From Sideroxydans sp. (GTDB taxonomy: Bacteria > Pseudomonadota > Gammaproteobacteria > Burkholderiales > Gallionellaceae): a stretch of 64,000 nt of DNA. The stretch covers positions 7,968-71,967 of the forward strand of contig WOZO01000063.1 in assembly GCA_011620315.1 (NCBI GenBank), read 5' to 3'. Of the stretch, positions 47,883 to 57,616 are shown in pieces (position 1 is the first letter of the stretch; every line of letters starts with the position of its first letter). The position numbers were made by a program, and so were the translations under genes. The notes under the pieces are model-generated. The model saw only the letters and a list, made by a program, of their open reading frames with translations. It did no database searches and was not told the origin of the DNA.

Positions 47883-47972
47883 AGGCCCGCACGGACATAT
47901 GCTGTCGTGCGGGGATCGTTGTCTTGTTTGGGGATGATGATAGGTTTTGAAGAAAGACCGACCAACTGAAAT

Positions 47973-48049
47973 TGGTCGGAGCGAGAGGATTCGAACCTCC
48001 GACCCCTGCGTCCCGAACGCAGTGCTCTACCAGGCTGAGCCACGCTCCG
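47973..48049 (-). tRNA. tRNA-Pro (anticodon CGG)
   Basis: CGGAGCGTGGCTCAGCCTGGTAGAGCACTGCGTT-CGG-GACGCAGGGGTCGGAGGTTCGAATCCTCTCGCTCCGACCA, 77 nt, encoded CCA. Confidence 0.97.
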
Positions 48050-48073
48050 AAGTGATGCTGAACTACCTTGCTG

Positions 48074-49036
48074 CTAAAACTGTCGCGTTGCCGCGAAGCG
48101 CGCCAATTCTAACAGAGCGCGTTTGAATTGAGTATCCGCCAATGCAGAAATTGCGGCACATCCCGCCTCGGCTTCCAGCAACGCCTGTTGCCGCGTGAAT
48201 TCCAAAGCACCGGTCGCCTCGATGATGGCCTGCACCTCCGGCAGACGGGCCACATCACCCTCTTCAATGGCGGCGCGCACCACGGTGGCCTGCTCGGGTG
48301 TGCCGTGCTGCATGGCGTGGATCAGCGGCAGCGTCGGTTTGCCTTCGGCCAGATCGTCGCCCAGATGTTTACCGGTTTGCGCTTCGTCGGCGGAGTAGTC
48401 CAGTACGTCGTCGATCAACTGGAAGGCCGTGCCCAGATGCATGCCGTACTTCGCCACGGCCTCTTCTTCCGCCGCCGATGCCTTGCCGAGGATGGCCCCC
48501 AGACGCATCGCCGCCTCGAACAGCTTGGCCGTCTTGCAATGGATGACGCGCATGTAGTTCGCCACATCCACATCGGCGTCGTGACAGTTCAAGAGTTGCA
48601 ACACCTCGCCCTCGGCGATCACGTTGGTCGCGGCGGCCAACACCTCCATCACGCGCATCTCGCCCACGTCCACCATCATCTGGAACGCGCGGGTATATAA
48701 AAAGTCGCCCACCAGCACGCTGGCCGCGTTGCCGAACAGCGCATTGGCCGTCTCGCGCCCGCGACGCAGTTCGGATTCATCCACCACATCGTCGTGCAGC
48801 AAAGTCGCGGTATGGATGAACTCCACCACTGCCGCCAGATCATGGTGATGTGAGCCCTTGTAGCCAAAGGCCTGTGCGGACATCAGCACCAAAGCGGGAC
48901 GCAAACGCTTGCCGCCGCCGTTGACGATGTACTCGCCGACTTGGTTGACTAGCACCACTTCGGAATGCAGACGCGCGCGGATCACCGCATCGACTGCGGC
49001 CATGTCCGGCGCAAGCAACTCTTTCAGACTATCCAA
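48074..49036 (-). CDS. ispB: Octaprenyl-diphosphate synthase
   Basis: GGKRLRP, LLHDDVVDES.LRRG, KTA.LF, FQLIDDVLDY, DDLAEGK.TLP. Confidence 0.95.
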   Translation of the reverse strand: MDSLKELLAPDMAAVDAVIRARLHSEVVLVNQVGEYIVNGGGKRLRPALVLMSAQAFGYKGSHHHDLAAVVEFIHTATLLHDDVVDESELRRGRETANALFGNAASVLVGDFLYTRAFQMMVDVGEMRVMEVLAAATNVIAEGEVLQLLNCHDADVDVANYMRVIHCKTAKLFEAAMRLGAILGKASAAEEEAVAKYGMHLGTAFQLIDDVLDYSADEAQTGKHLGDDLAEGKPTLPLIHAMQHGTPEQATVVRAAIEEGDVARLPEVQAIIEATGALEFTRQQALLEAEAGCAAISALADTQFKRALLELARFAATRQF

Positions 49037-49234
49037 GAAACTCTCCTATCTGAACCGGCGCATAACGCGCTCTCTATAATGGGCGCGCATTGTCGCACAA
49101 TTATCCACAGGCGAAAAAGCCGAGCCGCCAACCACCGCACCGTCTCCCCCTTTATCAAAGGGGGAGCAAGGAGGATTTAAAATCGCGGCCCATCAACCTC
49201 TCCAACAACCACACACCAACACACCTCGGAATAA

Positions 49235-49252
49235 GTAGCACTCATGTGCTAC
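49235..49252. promoter_or_regulatory. Palindromic operator of TA operon
   Basis: GTAGCAC-TCAT-GTGCTAC just upstream of the RHH gene. Confidence 0.6.
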
Positions 49253-49286
49253 AGTAATCGCGCCCCTTCAAACCTCGGAGACAGCC

Positions 49287-49571
49287 ATGAGCACCACCAC
49301 CATACGTTTGCCTGAAGACCTGAAAGCACGCATTTCAGCAGCAGCCAAACGGGCCGGCACAACAACCCACGGTTTCATCCTTGAAGCCATCGCAGAAAAA
49401 GCCGAGCAGGAAGATCTGCGTGCCGCATTCGATGCAGAAGCAGAAGATCGTTATGCACGTATCGCCGCCACCGGCAAAACCATTCCCTGGCAGGAAATGC
49501 GCGGCTATCTGGATGATCGTCTTGCCGGTAAAGAAGTAAAACGCCCGACCGCCCGCAAACTGGCACGCTAA
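49287..49571 (+). CDS. Ribbon-helix-helix antitoxin
   Basis: TTTIRLPEDLKARI..AA...G.T.H.FILEAI.E...W.EM..YL. Confidence 0.88.
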   Translation: MSTTTIRLPEDLKARISAAAKRAGTTTHGFILEAIAEKAEQEDLRAAFDAEAEDRYARIAATGKTIPWQEMRGYLDDRLAGKEVKRPTARKLAR

Positions 49572-49573
49572 TC

Positions 49574-49870
49574 ATGGCGCGCATCGAACTGGCAGCGGAA
49601 GTCGGGGATGACTTTGATCGCATCCTCGATCACTTTTCCCAATATCAGGTCGAGAATCCGGCATTGCGCATTCGCGAGATCATCGAGGCATTCAACGTGC
49701 TGGAATACAACCCCATGATCGGCCGCCCCACAAACAACGACAAGCGAGAGCTGGTGATCGGGCAACGCTCGCACGGCTACGTGGCTTTGTACCGCTACGT
49801 GGCCGAAGTCGATACTGTCTTTATCCTTGCCGTGCGCAGCCAGCAGGAGGCCGGGGGTGCAGGGATTTAG
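49574..49870 (+). CDS. ParE/RelE-family toxin
   Basis: DFDRILDH...P.IGRP...RELVIG..SHGYVALYRY....V.ILAVRSQ.EAG. Confidence 0.88.
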   Translation: MARIELAAEVGDDFDRILDHFSQYQVENPALRIREIIEAFNVLEYNPMIGRPTNNDKRELVIGQRSHGYVALYRYVAEVDTVFILAVRSQQEAGGAGI

Positions 49871-49937
49871 ACGCTAGTGACATCAATTCAAGCCTTGGCT
49901 CCTGGGATTATGTGTTGGCATGCAGCCACTTAATTCT

Positions 49938-51905
49938 CTACTCATATTTTTTTCGCTGGCTTTCAGCCGTCTCGTTAGGATTGTTCAAATACGCAATCAA
50001 CTCTTCAAGAATAATCAAATCGCAAAGCTTTGCCCCAGACTCCAGATCATTCAATACATGCGTAACACCATGATATTGGCGCTGATCCGCATTCTCAGGC
50101 AACAACAATGAAGTTATGCCATAGCGCTCTTTGTAGGTATCGCCTGTGCTCCATGCCACAGACAAATCGATGTCTTTAATATTTTTGTCTTGGTTGTCTA
50201 CATCCTCAACCAAACCGTCAAGGCAGAGCTTGTACTCAAGAATGCGGGGGGGCGTTGTTTTTCCGTTAAGTGCATATGCGGTTTCCGAAGGGACACCTAA
50301 TGGATTCTCTTCCTTGTCGTATATATATAAATTGACATCCAAATCGAAGGAAATCTTAAAAAGTCCATCGTAGACGAAGCGTTCATTTGTTGACATCACA
50401 TTGATGCCTCGAATTACACCGCCAGCGATTAATTGATGAAAGAGTGCAATTACATCTTGCTCTCGCGTCGGCACAGATGTGATCGATACACGCTCAACAG
50501 GCTTGAAAAAATGGTGGTTTGTTAAGAGTAATGGGGCCGCAGTTTCATGAGCAAGCATCGCAGTCTTCCAGTCACTTATTTCAAGCTCCCTTACTAAGTC
50601 TGGTGCAACACCTGTGTTCGCTTTAAGAGAAGCGCGGAACTTTGACAAGTGAGACTCGGTTATCATTCGCGCAACGCTTTTTGCAAAATCTGCCAGTTCG
50701 CGGTGGAAACCTTTCCGCCCCAAGTCAGGGGTGTAATTATCAAAATGAACGAGAAAGTGAACTTGGTTTTGACGGCCAATATTTCTATTGAGGGGCACTT
50801 GAATTATTTCACCTTGAGGCATGTTATTCGCAGCAAGCTGAATGCCGCTTGTCAGAACCTTCCGGCCAGAACGTATACCCAAAGAATCGTTGAATCGGTT
50901 CCATAGTTTTGCGGTGTACCCAAATTCAACGCTAACTGTAGGTGTGTGATTCGCAATAACTTCACGCTCTTCATCGTCTAGCGCGACTCCAAGCAGAGCC
51001 TCTAATTCGCTGGAATTCCACGCGTCATATATAAAATCCAAATTCTTGTACTTGTCTGGCATTTTTCTGCCAGCGCCGAATTTCTTCAAAATGGTTTCTT
51101 GCTCATGTACTAACTCACGAAACGACGCTTTCTTCCCTGCGTCATCGTGCAACCAAAGATATGCAGTGCCCTGCGAAGATGCTTTAGTAATTTTGTTATT
51201 GAAACGAACCTTAATATTTACGTGTATTGCTTTGTCAGGAATGATTGAGCCTAACCCAGTCTTAATTGAAAGTATTTTCAACCACTTCTCGGCAGTATCG
51301 GCGCATAACCAACTCAATTGTTTTGGATGAGTGCTTTCGTCGAAGCGCACAGTAATAGAAACGCCCCGATCAGTACTTCCAAACGCAGGGTCGTCATGTT
51401 GTGATACGTCGGGCTCGACTTTTGGGCTACCACCAACAGCCCTATTTTTTATCCAGTTCCTGGCACCGACAATTCTTCCTGACACCTCAAAACCCGGGGC
51501 CTTGCTTGATATTCGCAAATAGTTAAATCCGTATGCAAGATAAGTCGCGCCAACACCTTTGTGACCGCGAGTATTGCCAGATTTGAACGAAAGGCTTGGT
51601 GCGAGAAATAGCTTGAATTGATCTTGATCTAATCCGATTCCGTTATCGGTAACAGTTAAAGTATTCTCATCTAAATCAACGAAAATATCGATAGTGGGTT
51701 TATAGACATCGCCTTTACCAGCTGCTTTCTCATTTTCAGCGCGTGCTTCCACAGCATCAAGCGCATTTTGAATTAGTTCACAGAATGGGTCATACCAGCC
51801 AACATAGGAACTGAGAATGTTCTCAATTTCTCTTTTGAGTATGTTGGTCGCATCGCTCAGGTTATTGTTTTTTGCGTCGAGTGGATCGAATGGCGTGAAG
51901 CTCAT
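49938..51905 (-). CDS. GHKL/MORC-type ATPase fused to putative PD-(D/E)xK nuclease domain
   Basis: ELIQNALDA, VTDNGIG, GHKGVG; C-terminal EQDVIALF...YDG...LEYK...VAW; AT-rich relative to flanks. Confidence 0.75.
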   Translation of the reverse strand: MSFTPFDPLDAKNNNLSDATNILKREIENILSSYVGWYDPFCELIQNALDAVEARAENEKAAGKGDVYKPTIDIFVDLDENTLTVTDNGIGLDQDQFKLFLAPSLSFKSGNTRGHKGVGATYLAYGFNYLRISSKAPGFEVSGRIVGARNWIKNRAVGGSPKVEPDVSQHDDPAFGSTDRGVSITVRFDESTHPKQLSWLCADTAEKWLKILSIKTGLGSIIPDKAIHVNIKVRFNNKITKASSQGTAYLWLHDDAGKKASFRELVHEQETILKKFGAGRKMPDKYKNLDFIYDAWNSSELEALLGVALDDEEREVIANHTPTVSVEFGYTAKLWNRFNDSLGIRSGRKVLTSGIQLAANNMPQGEIIQVPLNRNIGRQNQVHFLVHFDNYTPDLGRKGFHRELADFAKSVARMITESHLSKFRASLKANTGVAPDLVRELEISDWKTAMLAHETAAPLLLTNHHFFKPVERVSITSVPTREQDVIALFHQLIAGGVIRGINVMSTNERFVYDGLFKISFDLDVNLYIYDKEENPLGVPSETAYALNGKTTPPRILEYKLCLDGLVEDVDNQDKNIKDIDLSVAWSTGDTYKERYGITSLLLPENADQRQYHGVTHVLNDLESGAKLCDLIILEELIAYLNNPNETAESQRKKYE

Positions 51906-52066
51906 AATGCACCTCTATTAATCAATAGAAAATGAATGTACCTGAGTCAAACAAGTTTGACTATTCCAACCTCAGAATGAAATGGTGTCGGTGCCGCCTA
52001 CGCAATAAAGCTGCCAAAGGCCCGCAGCACATCGTGCAGCACGGACCTCATCCCGATAGCCTCGGG

Positions 52067-53338
52067 CTATACCTTCTCTATTGCTCGATCCCGCTGCAGA
52101 TACAAACCGATCCCCACGCCCAAAACGCTCAGCGCCACCACATACCAGGCAGGCACCTGCGCCCCCAGCACCGGCAGCAGCAGGCTGACCAGCACCGGCG
52201 TCATGCCGCCGAACACGGCGTAGGCCACGTTGTAGGAGAAGGACAGACCGGAGAAACGCACGGCGGGCGGGAATTGCATCACGGCGGCGCTGGGCACCAC
52301 GCCGATCACGCCGACGAAGAAACCGTTCAGGGCGTACCACATATATAAGTGTTCCGTGCCGCTCGCCAGTTGCTGGTAGAGCAGCCATGAGGTCGCGCCC
52401 AATGCCACACAGCCGTAGGCGAGTACGCGCCCCGCGCCGTAGCGGTCGGCCAGCGCGCCGAACACGATGCAGCCTATGGTCAGCGCCAGCGTGGCGAAGC
52501 TGTTGGCGGTGAGCGCGGTGGCGCCGGGGATGGCGAACAGCTTCTGCATCAGCGTCGGTGTCATCAGGATCATCACCACCACCGCGGCGGAGAGCAGCCA
52601 GGTCATCAGCATGGTGAGCACCACGGCCGGACGGTGCGCGCGCACTACTTTCTTCAGCGGTAGTTCATCGGCCAATTCCTGGCGGGCTTGCATCTCTTTG
52701 AACACCGGCGTCTCTTGCAGGTACTGGCGTAGCCACACCGCGACCAGACCGAACACACCGCCGAGGATGAACGGCACGCGCCAACCTTCGGCCAGCAGTG
52801 CGGCGGGGTCGTACGCATGGTTCACCGCCGTCGCCACCAGCGAGCCGAGCAGGATGCCGCCGGTCAGCCCTGCGGTGAGCGTGCCGCAGGCGAAGCCGAC
52901 ATGGCGTGGCGGCACATGTTCGGCCACGAACACCCAGGCACCCGGCACCTCGCCGCCGATGGCCGCGCCCTGCATCACGCGCAGCAACAGCAGCAGCAAG
53001 GGGGCTGCGATTCCCAAAGCGGCATAGGTGGGCAACAGACCGATGAGCAGGGTCGGTACTGCCATCAGCAGGATGCTGAGCATGAACATGCGCTTGCGGC
53101 CGAACAGGTCGCCGAAGTGCGCCATGATGATGCCGCCCAGCGGCCGCGCCAGATAACCGGCGGCGAAGATGCCGAAGGTCTGCACCTGACGCAGCCAGTC
53201 CGGCATGTCGGGCGGGAAGAACAGTTGCGAGATGGCCGCCGCGAAGAACACGAAGATGACGAAGTCGTAGAACTCCAGCGCGCCGCCCAGTGCGGCCAGC
53301 GTCAGCGTGCGGTAATCATTGCGCGTCAGGCTGGACAC
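52067..53338 (-). CDS. MFS transporter (metabolite:H+ symporter, ProP-like)
   Basis: GGALEFYDFVIF, RPLGGIIMAHFGDLFGRK, GGEVPGAWVFVAEH; GTG 53338 after GGAGG. Confidence 0.92.
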   Translation of the reverse strand: MSSLTRNDYRTLTLAALGGALEFYDFVIFVFFAAAISQLFFPPDMPDWLRQVQTFGIFAAGYLARPLGGIIMAHFGDLFGRKRMFMLSILLMAVPTLLIGLLPTYAALGIAAPLLLLLLRVMQGAAIGGEVPGAWVFVAEHVPPRHVGFACGTLTAGLTGGILLGSLVATAVNHAYDPAALLAEGWRVPFILGGVFGLVAVWLRQYLQETPVFKEMQARQELADELPLKKVVRAHRPAVVLTMLMTWLLSAAVVVMILMTPTLMQKLFAIPGATALTANSFATLALTIGCIVFGALADRYGAGRVLAYGCVALGATSWLLYQQLASGTEHLYMWYALNGFFVGVIGVVPSAAVMQFPPAVRFSGLSFSYNVAYAVFGGMTPVLVSLLLPVLGAQVPAWYVVALSVLGVGIGLYLQRDRAIEKV

Positions 53339-53936
53339 GTTTCCTCCGCAAAGCATATTGCAGGTTCACCTTGATGGTCACCCACAGCGCATAGATGGCC
53401 AGCGGCGCGTCGATCAGGTAGTCCCACAGGTTGGTCGATTCGAGCAGGTTGAAACTCCAGCCGGTCGCGGCCAGCGCGAACACCAGCGGCAGCAGGTAAA
53501 AGCCGCGCCGCATCAGCCACAGCGCGAGCAGCGCCAGCATCAACAGCAGCCCGACACCGCCATAACCGGAACGGTACGGGTCGAGCGAGCCCAGTCCCAG
53601 CGCGAACGGATACAGCAGCAACGCCAGCACCGCGAGGAAGCCGAGCAGCGCACTGCGTTCGCGTGCATTCCATTTCGGCGGCATATTGAACAATCTTGCA
53701 TACAGCGCGGCAGACAGCAGCAGCATGCTGGTGATGCTCAGATCGCCCACCATGCCGCGCAGCCAGATCGCTGGCGACCATCCCGCTATCGGGAACATCA
53801 CCAGCACATACCCCAGCCCAGCCAGCAATGCGCGGCGCTTGCCATCGAGACGCTGCACATATGGCAGACGCAACGCCAGCAGCAACCACACCAGCGCCAA
53901 ACCGCTCAAGCCCATCCAGTCGGTGAACAACATCAC
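53316..53936 (-). CDS. Polytopic membrane protein (candidate partner of the sialidase-like enzyme)
   Basis: 206 aa, ~6 hydrophobic helices, 4-nt overlap with upstream gene. Confidence 0.75.
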   Translation of the reverse strand: MMLFTDWMGLSGLALVWLLLALRLPYVQRLDGKRRALLAGLGYVLVMFPIAGWSPAIWLRGMVGDLSITSMLLLSAALYARLFNMPPKWNARERSALLGFLAVLALLLYPFALGLGSLDPYRSGYGGVGLLLMLALLALWLMRRGFYLLPLVFALAATGWSFNLLESTNLWDYLIDAPLAIYALWVTIKVNLQYALRRKRVQPDAQ

Positions 53937-55321
53937 TTGCCTCCCTTCGCGCCAAGCAGTTTCTGCATCCAGCGCGCGTCGATGCGCACATGTTTGATGA
54001 AGGTACGGTTCCAGGTATAGACCAGATGGATGTCGCCGTTATGCGTCTGGATCATATAAGGATAGGAGAACTCGAAATGGCAGTTGCCGCCGCCCACCAC
54101 TTTGGGTCGTGCCGACTCGACATAGGGGGCGAGCGTTTGCGCATCCGCCCTGCGCAGCAGGGGATCGCTGCTGCGCAGCAATTTTTCGGTGACATCCAGA
54201 CAGGCACCCTCGGACATCTCCTTGTCGCGCAACACGTTCATCTCTTCCAGCCGGTGCAGTTCACGCCAGCTGGCACCGCCGTCTTCCGACAATTGCAGAC
54301 TCAGCGATTCGCGGCCGTGCTCCTGGTCGTTCAGCACCGCCAGCATGCGGCCGTCTTCCAGTGCCAGCGCGGTCAGCGCGGCGTCGGGATTGCGCAGGGA
54401 ATTCTTGTGCGGTGCCTCCCAGTGACGGCCGCCGTCCCCGCTCGCCATCACCACCACGCGCTTGTCCGCGTCCTTGCCGGAATAGCGATTGAGCACCAGC
54501 GCCGCTTTCTCGCTGCGCACCAGCACCACCGGCTGCAATGTGCCCTGTCCGCCCGCTGCCAGACGCTGTTTGTCGATCACCTTGCCTGCTTGGTCCAGAC
54601 GCAATATCTCGGAGAATTTGCTGATGAACTCGTGATACACCGGCAGGCCCATGGTGCCATCGGCATAGAAGAACGGTGCACCTTTGACCAGCGTGCTGAT
54701 GTTGATGAAGGGCGAGGTGACCAAGCGGCGCGGGGTGTTCCAGCTTTCACCGTCGTCGTTCGATGTCATCAATGTGATCGAGCTGCCCGCCCAGCCGCCC
54801 AGCGACACCGTGACATAAAACAGCCACAGCTCGCCGTTGGCCGCGCGCACCGCCACCGGGTTGCCGACCTTGGCGATGTAGCGATGCAGGCCGAGCTGCG
54901 TGCTCTTGCGTCCCGCCACTTCCTGCTCGCGCCACCAGGTGTTCGCCACCGGATCGTAGAGCGCGCTGTTGATGGTGACATCCGCCGCGCCTTCGCGGCT
55001 GCCGGAGAACCAGAACGCGCGTAGGCGTCCGTCCTTCAATTCCACCAGCGAGGCGGCATGGGTGGAAGTGTGCTGGCGGCTGGACACCAGATGCGCTTCC
55101 AGCTTGCCCATCACCACGCCCGGATCGGGTGCCTCGGCGCGGCGACCGCGACGCTTCTTCACCACCGGCGCGGGTGCGGGTTCGGCATCCAGCACCACCG
55201 GCTCCGGCAGGCGGAAATCAAAACCGACTTGCCAGCTCGCCGCCTTGGACAATGCCAAGGTGAACGCCGCCAGCACGAACGCCAGCAAAGCGAGGCGCTT
55301 ATATTTCCCCATCAACGGCAC
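53933..55321 (-). CDS. Membrane-anchored sialidase-like (BNR/Asp-box) protein
   Basis: N-terminal TM; THAASL.EL.DG, Asp boxes SNDDGESW, SGDGGRHW, SEDGGASW; FSYP, YTWNR..IKH. Confidence 0.85.
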   Translation of the reverse strand: MPLMGKYKRLALLAFVLAAFTLALSKAASWQVGFDFRLPEPVVLDAEPAPAPVVKKRRGRRAEAPDPGVVMGKLEAHLVSSRQHTSTHAASLVELKDGRLRAFWFSGSREGAADVTINSALYDPVANTWWREQEVAGRKSTQLGLHRYIAKVGNPVAVRAANGELWLFYVTVSLGGWAGSSITLMTSNDDGESWNTPRRLVTSPFINISTLVKGAPFFYADGTMGLPVYHEFISKFSEILRLDQAGKVIDKQRLAAGGQGTLQPVVLVRSEKAALVLNRYSGKDADKRVVVMASGDGGRHWEAPHKNSLRNPDAALTALALEDGRMLAVLNDQEHGRESLSLQLSEDGGASWRELHRLEEMNVLRDKEMSEGACLDVTEKLLRSSDPLLRRADAQTLAPYVESARPKVVGGGNCHFEFSYPYMIQTHNGDIHLVYTWNRTFIKHVRIDARWMQKLLGAKGGK

Positions 55322-57111
55322 CCTTCCTCATTCTGTTTTTCTTCTCCATCGCCTGCCTGAACGCGCAACAGCCATTCGCGCACGAACAGTTGCTGCATCA
55401 CATCGCCGCCCAGCATGGCTTTGATCTCTGCATCGTTATGGCGGCCGCGTATCTCCAGACGCGAGCCGAGCACTTCACATTCCGCACAGGGTTGTTCCTG
55501 CAAAGGCAGTTGCACGGCGAACAGTGCATAGTTCGCCTTGAGTTCATCCACCGCGAGCGGCGGCTGCGCATGGTAACCGTGAATGTAGGCGGCGGGCAGC
55601 AGGAATCGATAGTCTTCCCAGCTGGCGCGGAAATCGCACGGCACCCACACATCCTTGTTCTGCGTCGCCTGCTGTGCGGCGCTGTCGTAACGGCCTGCCG
55701 CACCGTCGAAAGGGCGCAGCAACATGGCCAGCACCAGCAAGGTCAGCAAGGCCACGACATTGCTCAAGCCGCGCGTCCAGTGTGCCGCATAGATCGCCAG
55801 CGCAACCAGCAACAGGGTGAACGCCAGCACTGACCAGAACACCGCGTCGTACAAGCCGCCCATCTGCGCTTGCAGGTTGTACGCGAGCCAGCCGAACAAG
55901 GCGAGCACCGCGACCGAAGCCAGCAGGCTGGCGACGAAGGCGGCACGCGGGATGCGCTGCCAGTTCAGGGCCAGCAGCAAGGCCACGCCCGGCATGGCAT
56001 CCAACAGATAACGCGCCGAGCGCTGGCTGGGAATGGCGAAGATCACGAACAGGGCTATCATCCACATCCACAACAGGCGCTCTTCGTCGCTCATGCGGTA
56101 GCGGCGGTGCCAGGCGACCACGAACAGCGCCAGCACCGGGAAAGCGAGCACACCGGCGTTGAGCGGATAGCCGAGCAACAGCACCCACACACTGCTGCCG
56201 CCCCACAATAATTTCGCCCAGTAGCTGCCGCCGTGCGGGTCGAACTTGGCGGCGTTCTCGCCCAGCACGAATTCCTGCCACACCGCCTGCGGATCGGGAT
56301 CGAGCGCGAACCACAGCGCGAACAGCGCCAGCGCGACGACGCCGACCATCACCAGTTTCGTCACATCGTGCAGCAGGAAAGGCCGCAAGCGATAACGGCG
56401 CTGGTACAGATACCACCAGCTCAGCGCGATGCCGACCGGTGCCAACAAGGCGAACGATTTGTAGAGCAGGCCGATGCCCGCAAATATGCCGAGCAACAGC
56501 GGCACGACGAAGCGCGAATCGAAAGCGCGCTCGCGCCAGTACAGCAAAGTGAAGAACGGCAGGAACAGCCAGAACGTCTCGGCCGGATTGACCAGATAGG
56601 GCCGACCGAAACGGTAAGTGCTGAAGAAGGCGAGGAAGACCAGCGCCGCCGTTGCACCCACCGCACATTCACCACCCAGCTTGCGCCCGAGCAGGAACAC
56701 CAGCCAGGCGGTGAGCAAGGTGTAGAGCACGCTGGGATAGCGCAGATGCCAGCGGTCCCATTGCGTTGCCCATCCGGTGGAGACGATGCCCTGCCAGAAC
56801 AGCAGCGGCGGTTTGGTGTTGCGCATATTGTCCAGATTCGACTGCAAGGGCAGCCAGTCGCCGCTCAGCGCGGTGAGGCGGGTGATATGCGCGTACACGT
56901 TCTCGTCGCCGTTGCGCGGGCTGTGCAGACCGTCCAGCGCGTAAAAGTAGACGAACACGGCCAGCGCCACAGCCGCCAGATATTGCAGCGGACGCAAATT
57001 GAGGTGAATCCAGCGAAATGCTGCGTTTGCCCCCTCTCCCCACGGGGGAGGGTTGGGGTGGGGGGAGCGCATGCGCTCGACGGCAACATGTCTCATCGGG
57101 TCGCGCAACAT
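55312..57111 (-). CDS. ArnT/PMT-like (GT-C fold) glycosyltransferase; start uncertain
   Basis: NGDE.VY..ITR, TKPPLLFW, LRYPS, GLLYKS, many TM helices. Confidence 0.8.
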   Translation of the reverse strand: MLRDPMRHVAVERMRSPHPNPPPWGEGANAAFRWIHLNLRPLQYLAAVALAVFVYFYALDGLHSPRNGDENVYAHITRLTALSGDWLPLQSNLDNMRNTKPPLLFWQGIVSTGWATQWDRWHLRYPSVLYTLLTAWLVFLLGRKLGGECAVGATAALVFLAFFSTYRFGRPYLVNPAETFWLFLPFFTLLYWRERAFDSRFVVPLLLGIFAGIGLLYKSFALLAPVGIALSWWYLYQRRYRLRPFLLHDVTKLVMVGVVALALFALWFALDPDPQAVWQEFVLGENAAKFDPHGGSYWAKLLWGGSSVWVLLLGYPLNAGVLAFPVLALFVVAWHRRYRMSDEERLLWMWMIALFVIFAIPSQRSARYLLDAMPGVALLLALNWQRIPRAAFVASLLASVAVLALFGWLAYNLQAQMGGLYDAVFWSVLAFTLLLVALAIYAAHWTRGLSNVVALLTLLVLAMLLRPFDGAAGRYDSAAQQATQNKDVWVPCDFRASWEDYRFLLPAAYIHGYHAQPPLAVDELKANYALFAVQLPLQEQPCAECEVLGSRLEIRGRHNDAEIKAMLGGDVMQQLFVREWLLRVQAGDGEEKQNEEGCR

Positions 57112-57112
57112 G

Positions 57113-57616
57113 TCAGTGCTTGTGTTCTCGCAGCGCAGCTGCCTTGAACTTGAGGCGGCCGAAGGTCCAGATGTCGTTGAGCAGGAAGTTCAGCACGCTG
57201 GTGACGCCGATGGCGATGAAGTTGGCGATCAGATAATAGACGTGCGGTGCCAGCAGGTTGGTGAACATGAACTGCAGCGCAATGCTCACGCCGCAGGCCA
57301 GCGTGTATTGTCCGAACTGCACGACCCACGGACGATGATGCAGTTCGACGCGATCACGCCAGGTCCACAGCCGGTTCCAGAAGAAGTTGTTCAGGGTCGC
57401 GAGGAAGATCGCCACCGACAGCGAGGCATTGAGCAGCAGCCAGTCCACTTGGCCCGCCACGTTCGCCACATGAAAGACATGCTCCTGCATGACATACAGC
57501 GCCCCCTGGTTGACCACGATACCGGATACGCCGACGGTGCCGAATTTCAGAAAACGGAGGGAGAAGATGCGCCGCAGCAGCGACGCCGTGCGCATGCGGA
57601 GCTTGAACGGCGTCAT
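57113..57616 (-). CDS. GtrA-family flippase-like protein
   Basis: FLKFGTVGVSGIVVN, NNFFWNRLWTW, NFLLNDIWTF. Confidence 0.88.
   Translation of the reverse strand: MTPFKLRMRTASLLRRIFSLRFLKFGTVGVSGIVVNQGALYVMQEHVFHVANVAGQVDWLLLNASLSVAIFLATLNNFFWNRLWTWRDRVELHHRPWVVQFGQYTLACGVSIALQFMFTNLLAPHVYYLIANFIAIGVTSVLNFLLNDIWTFGRLKFKAAALREHKH

Noticed and set aside
49101-49109. Perfect DnaA box TTATCCACA upstream of ispB
   Set aside because: Single box with no cluster, DUE or dnaA/gidA context; not an origin. At most a regulatory site.
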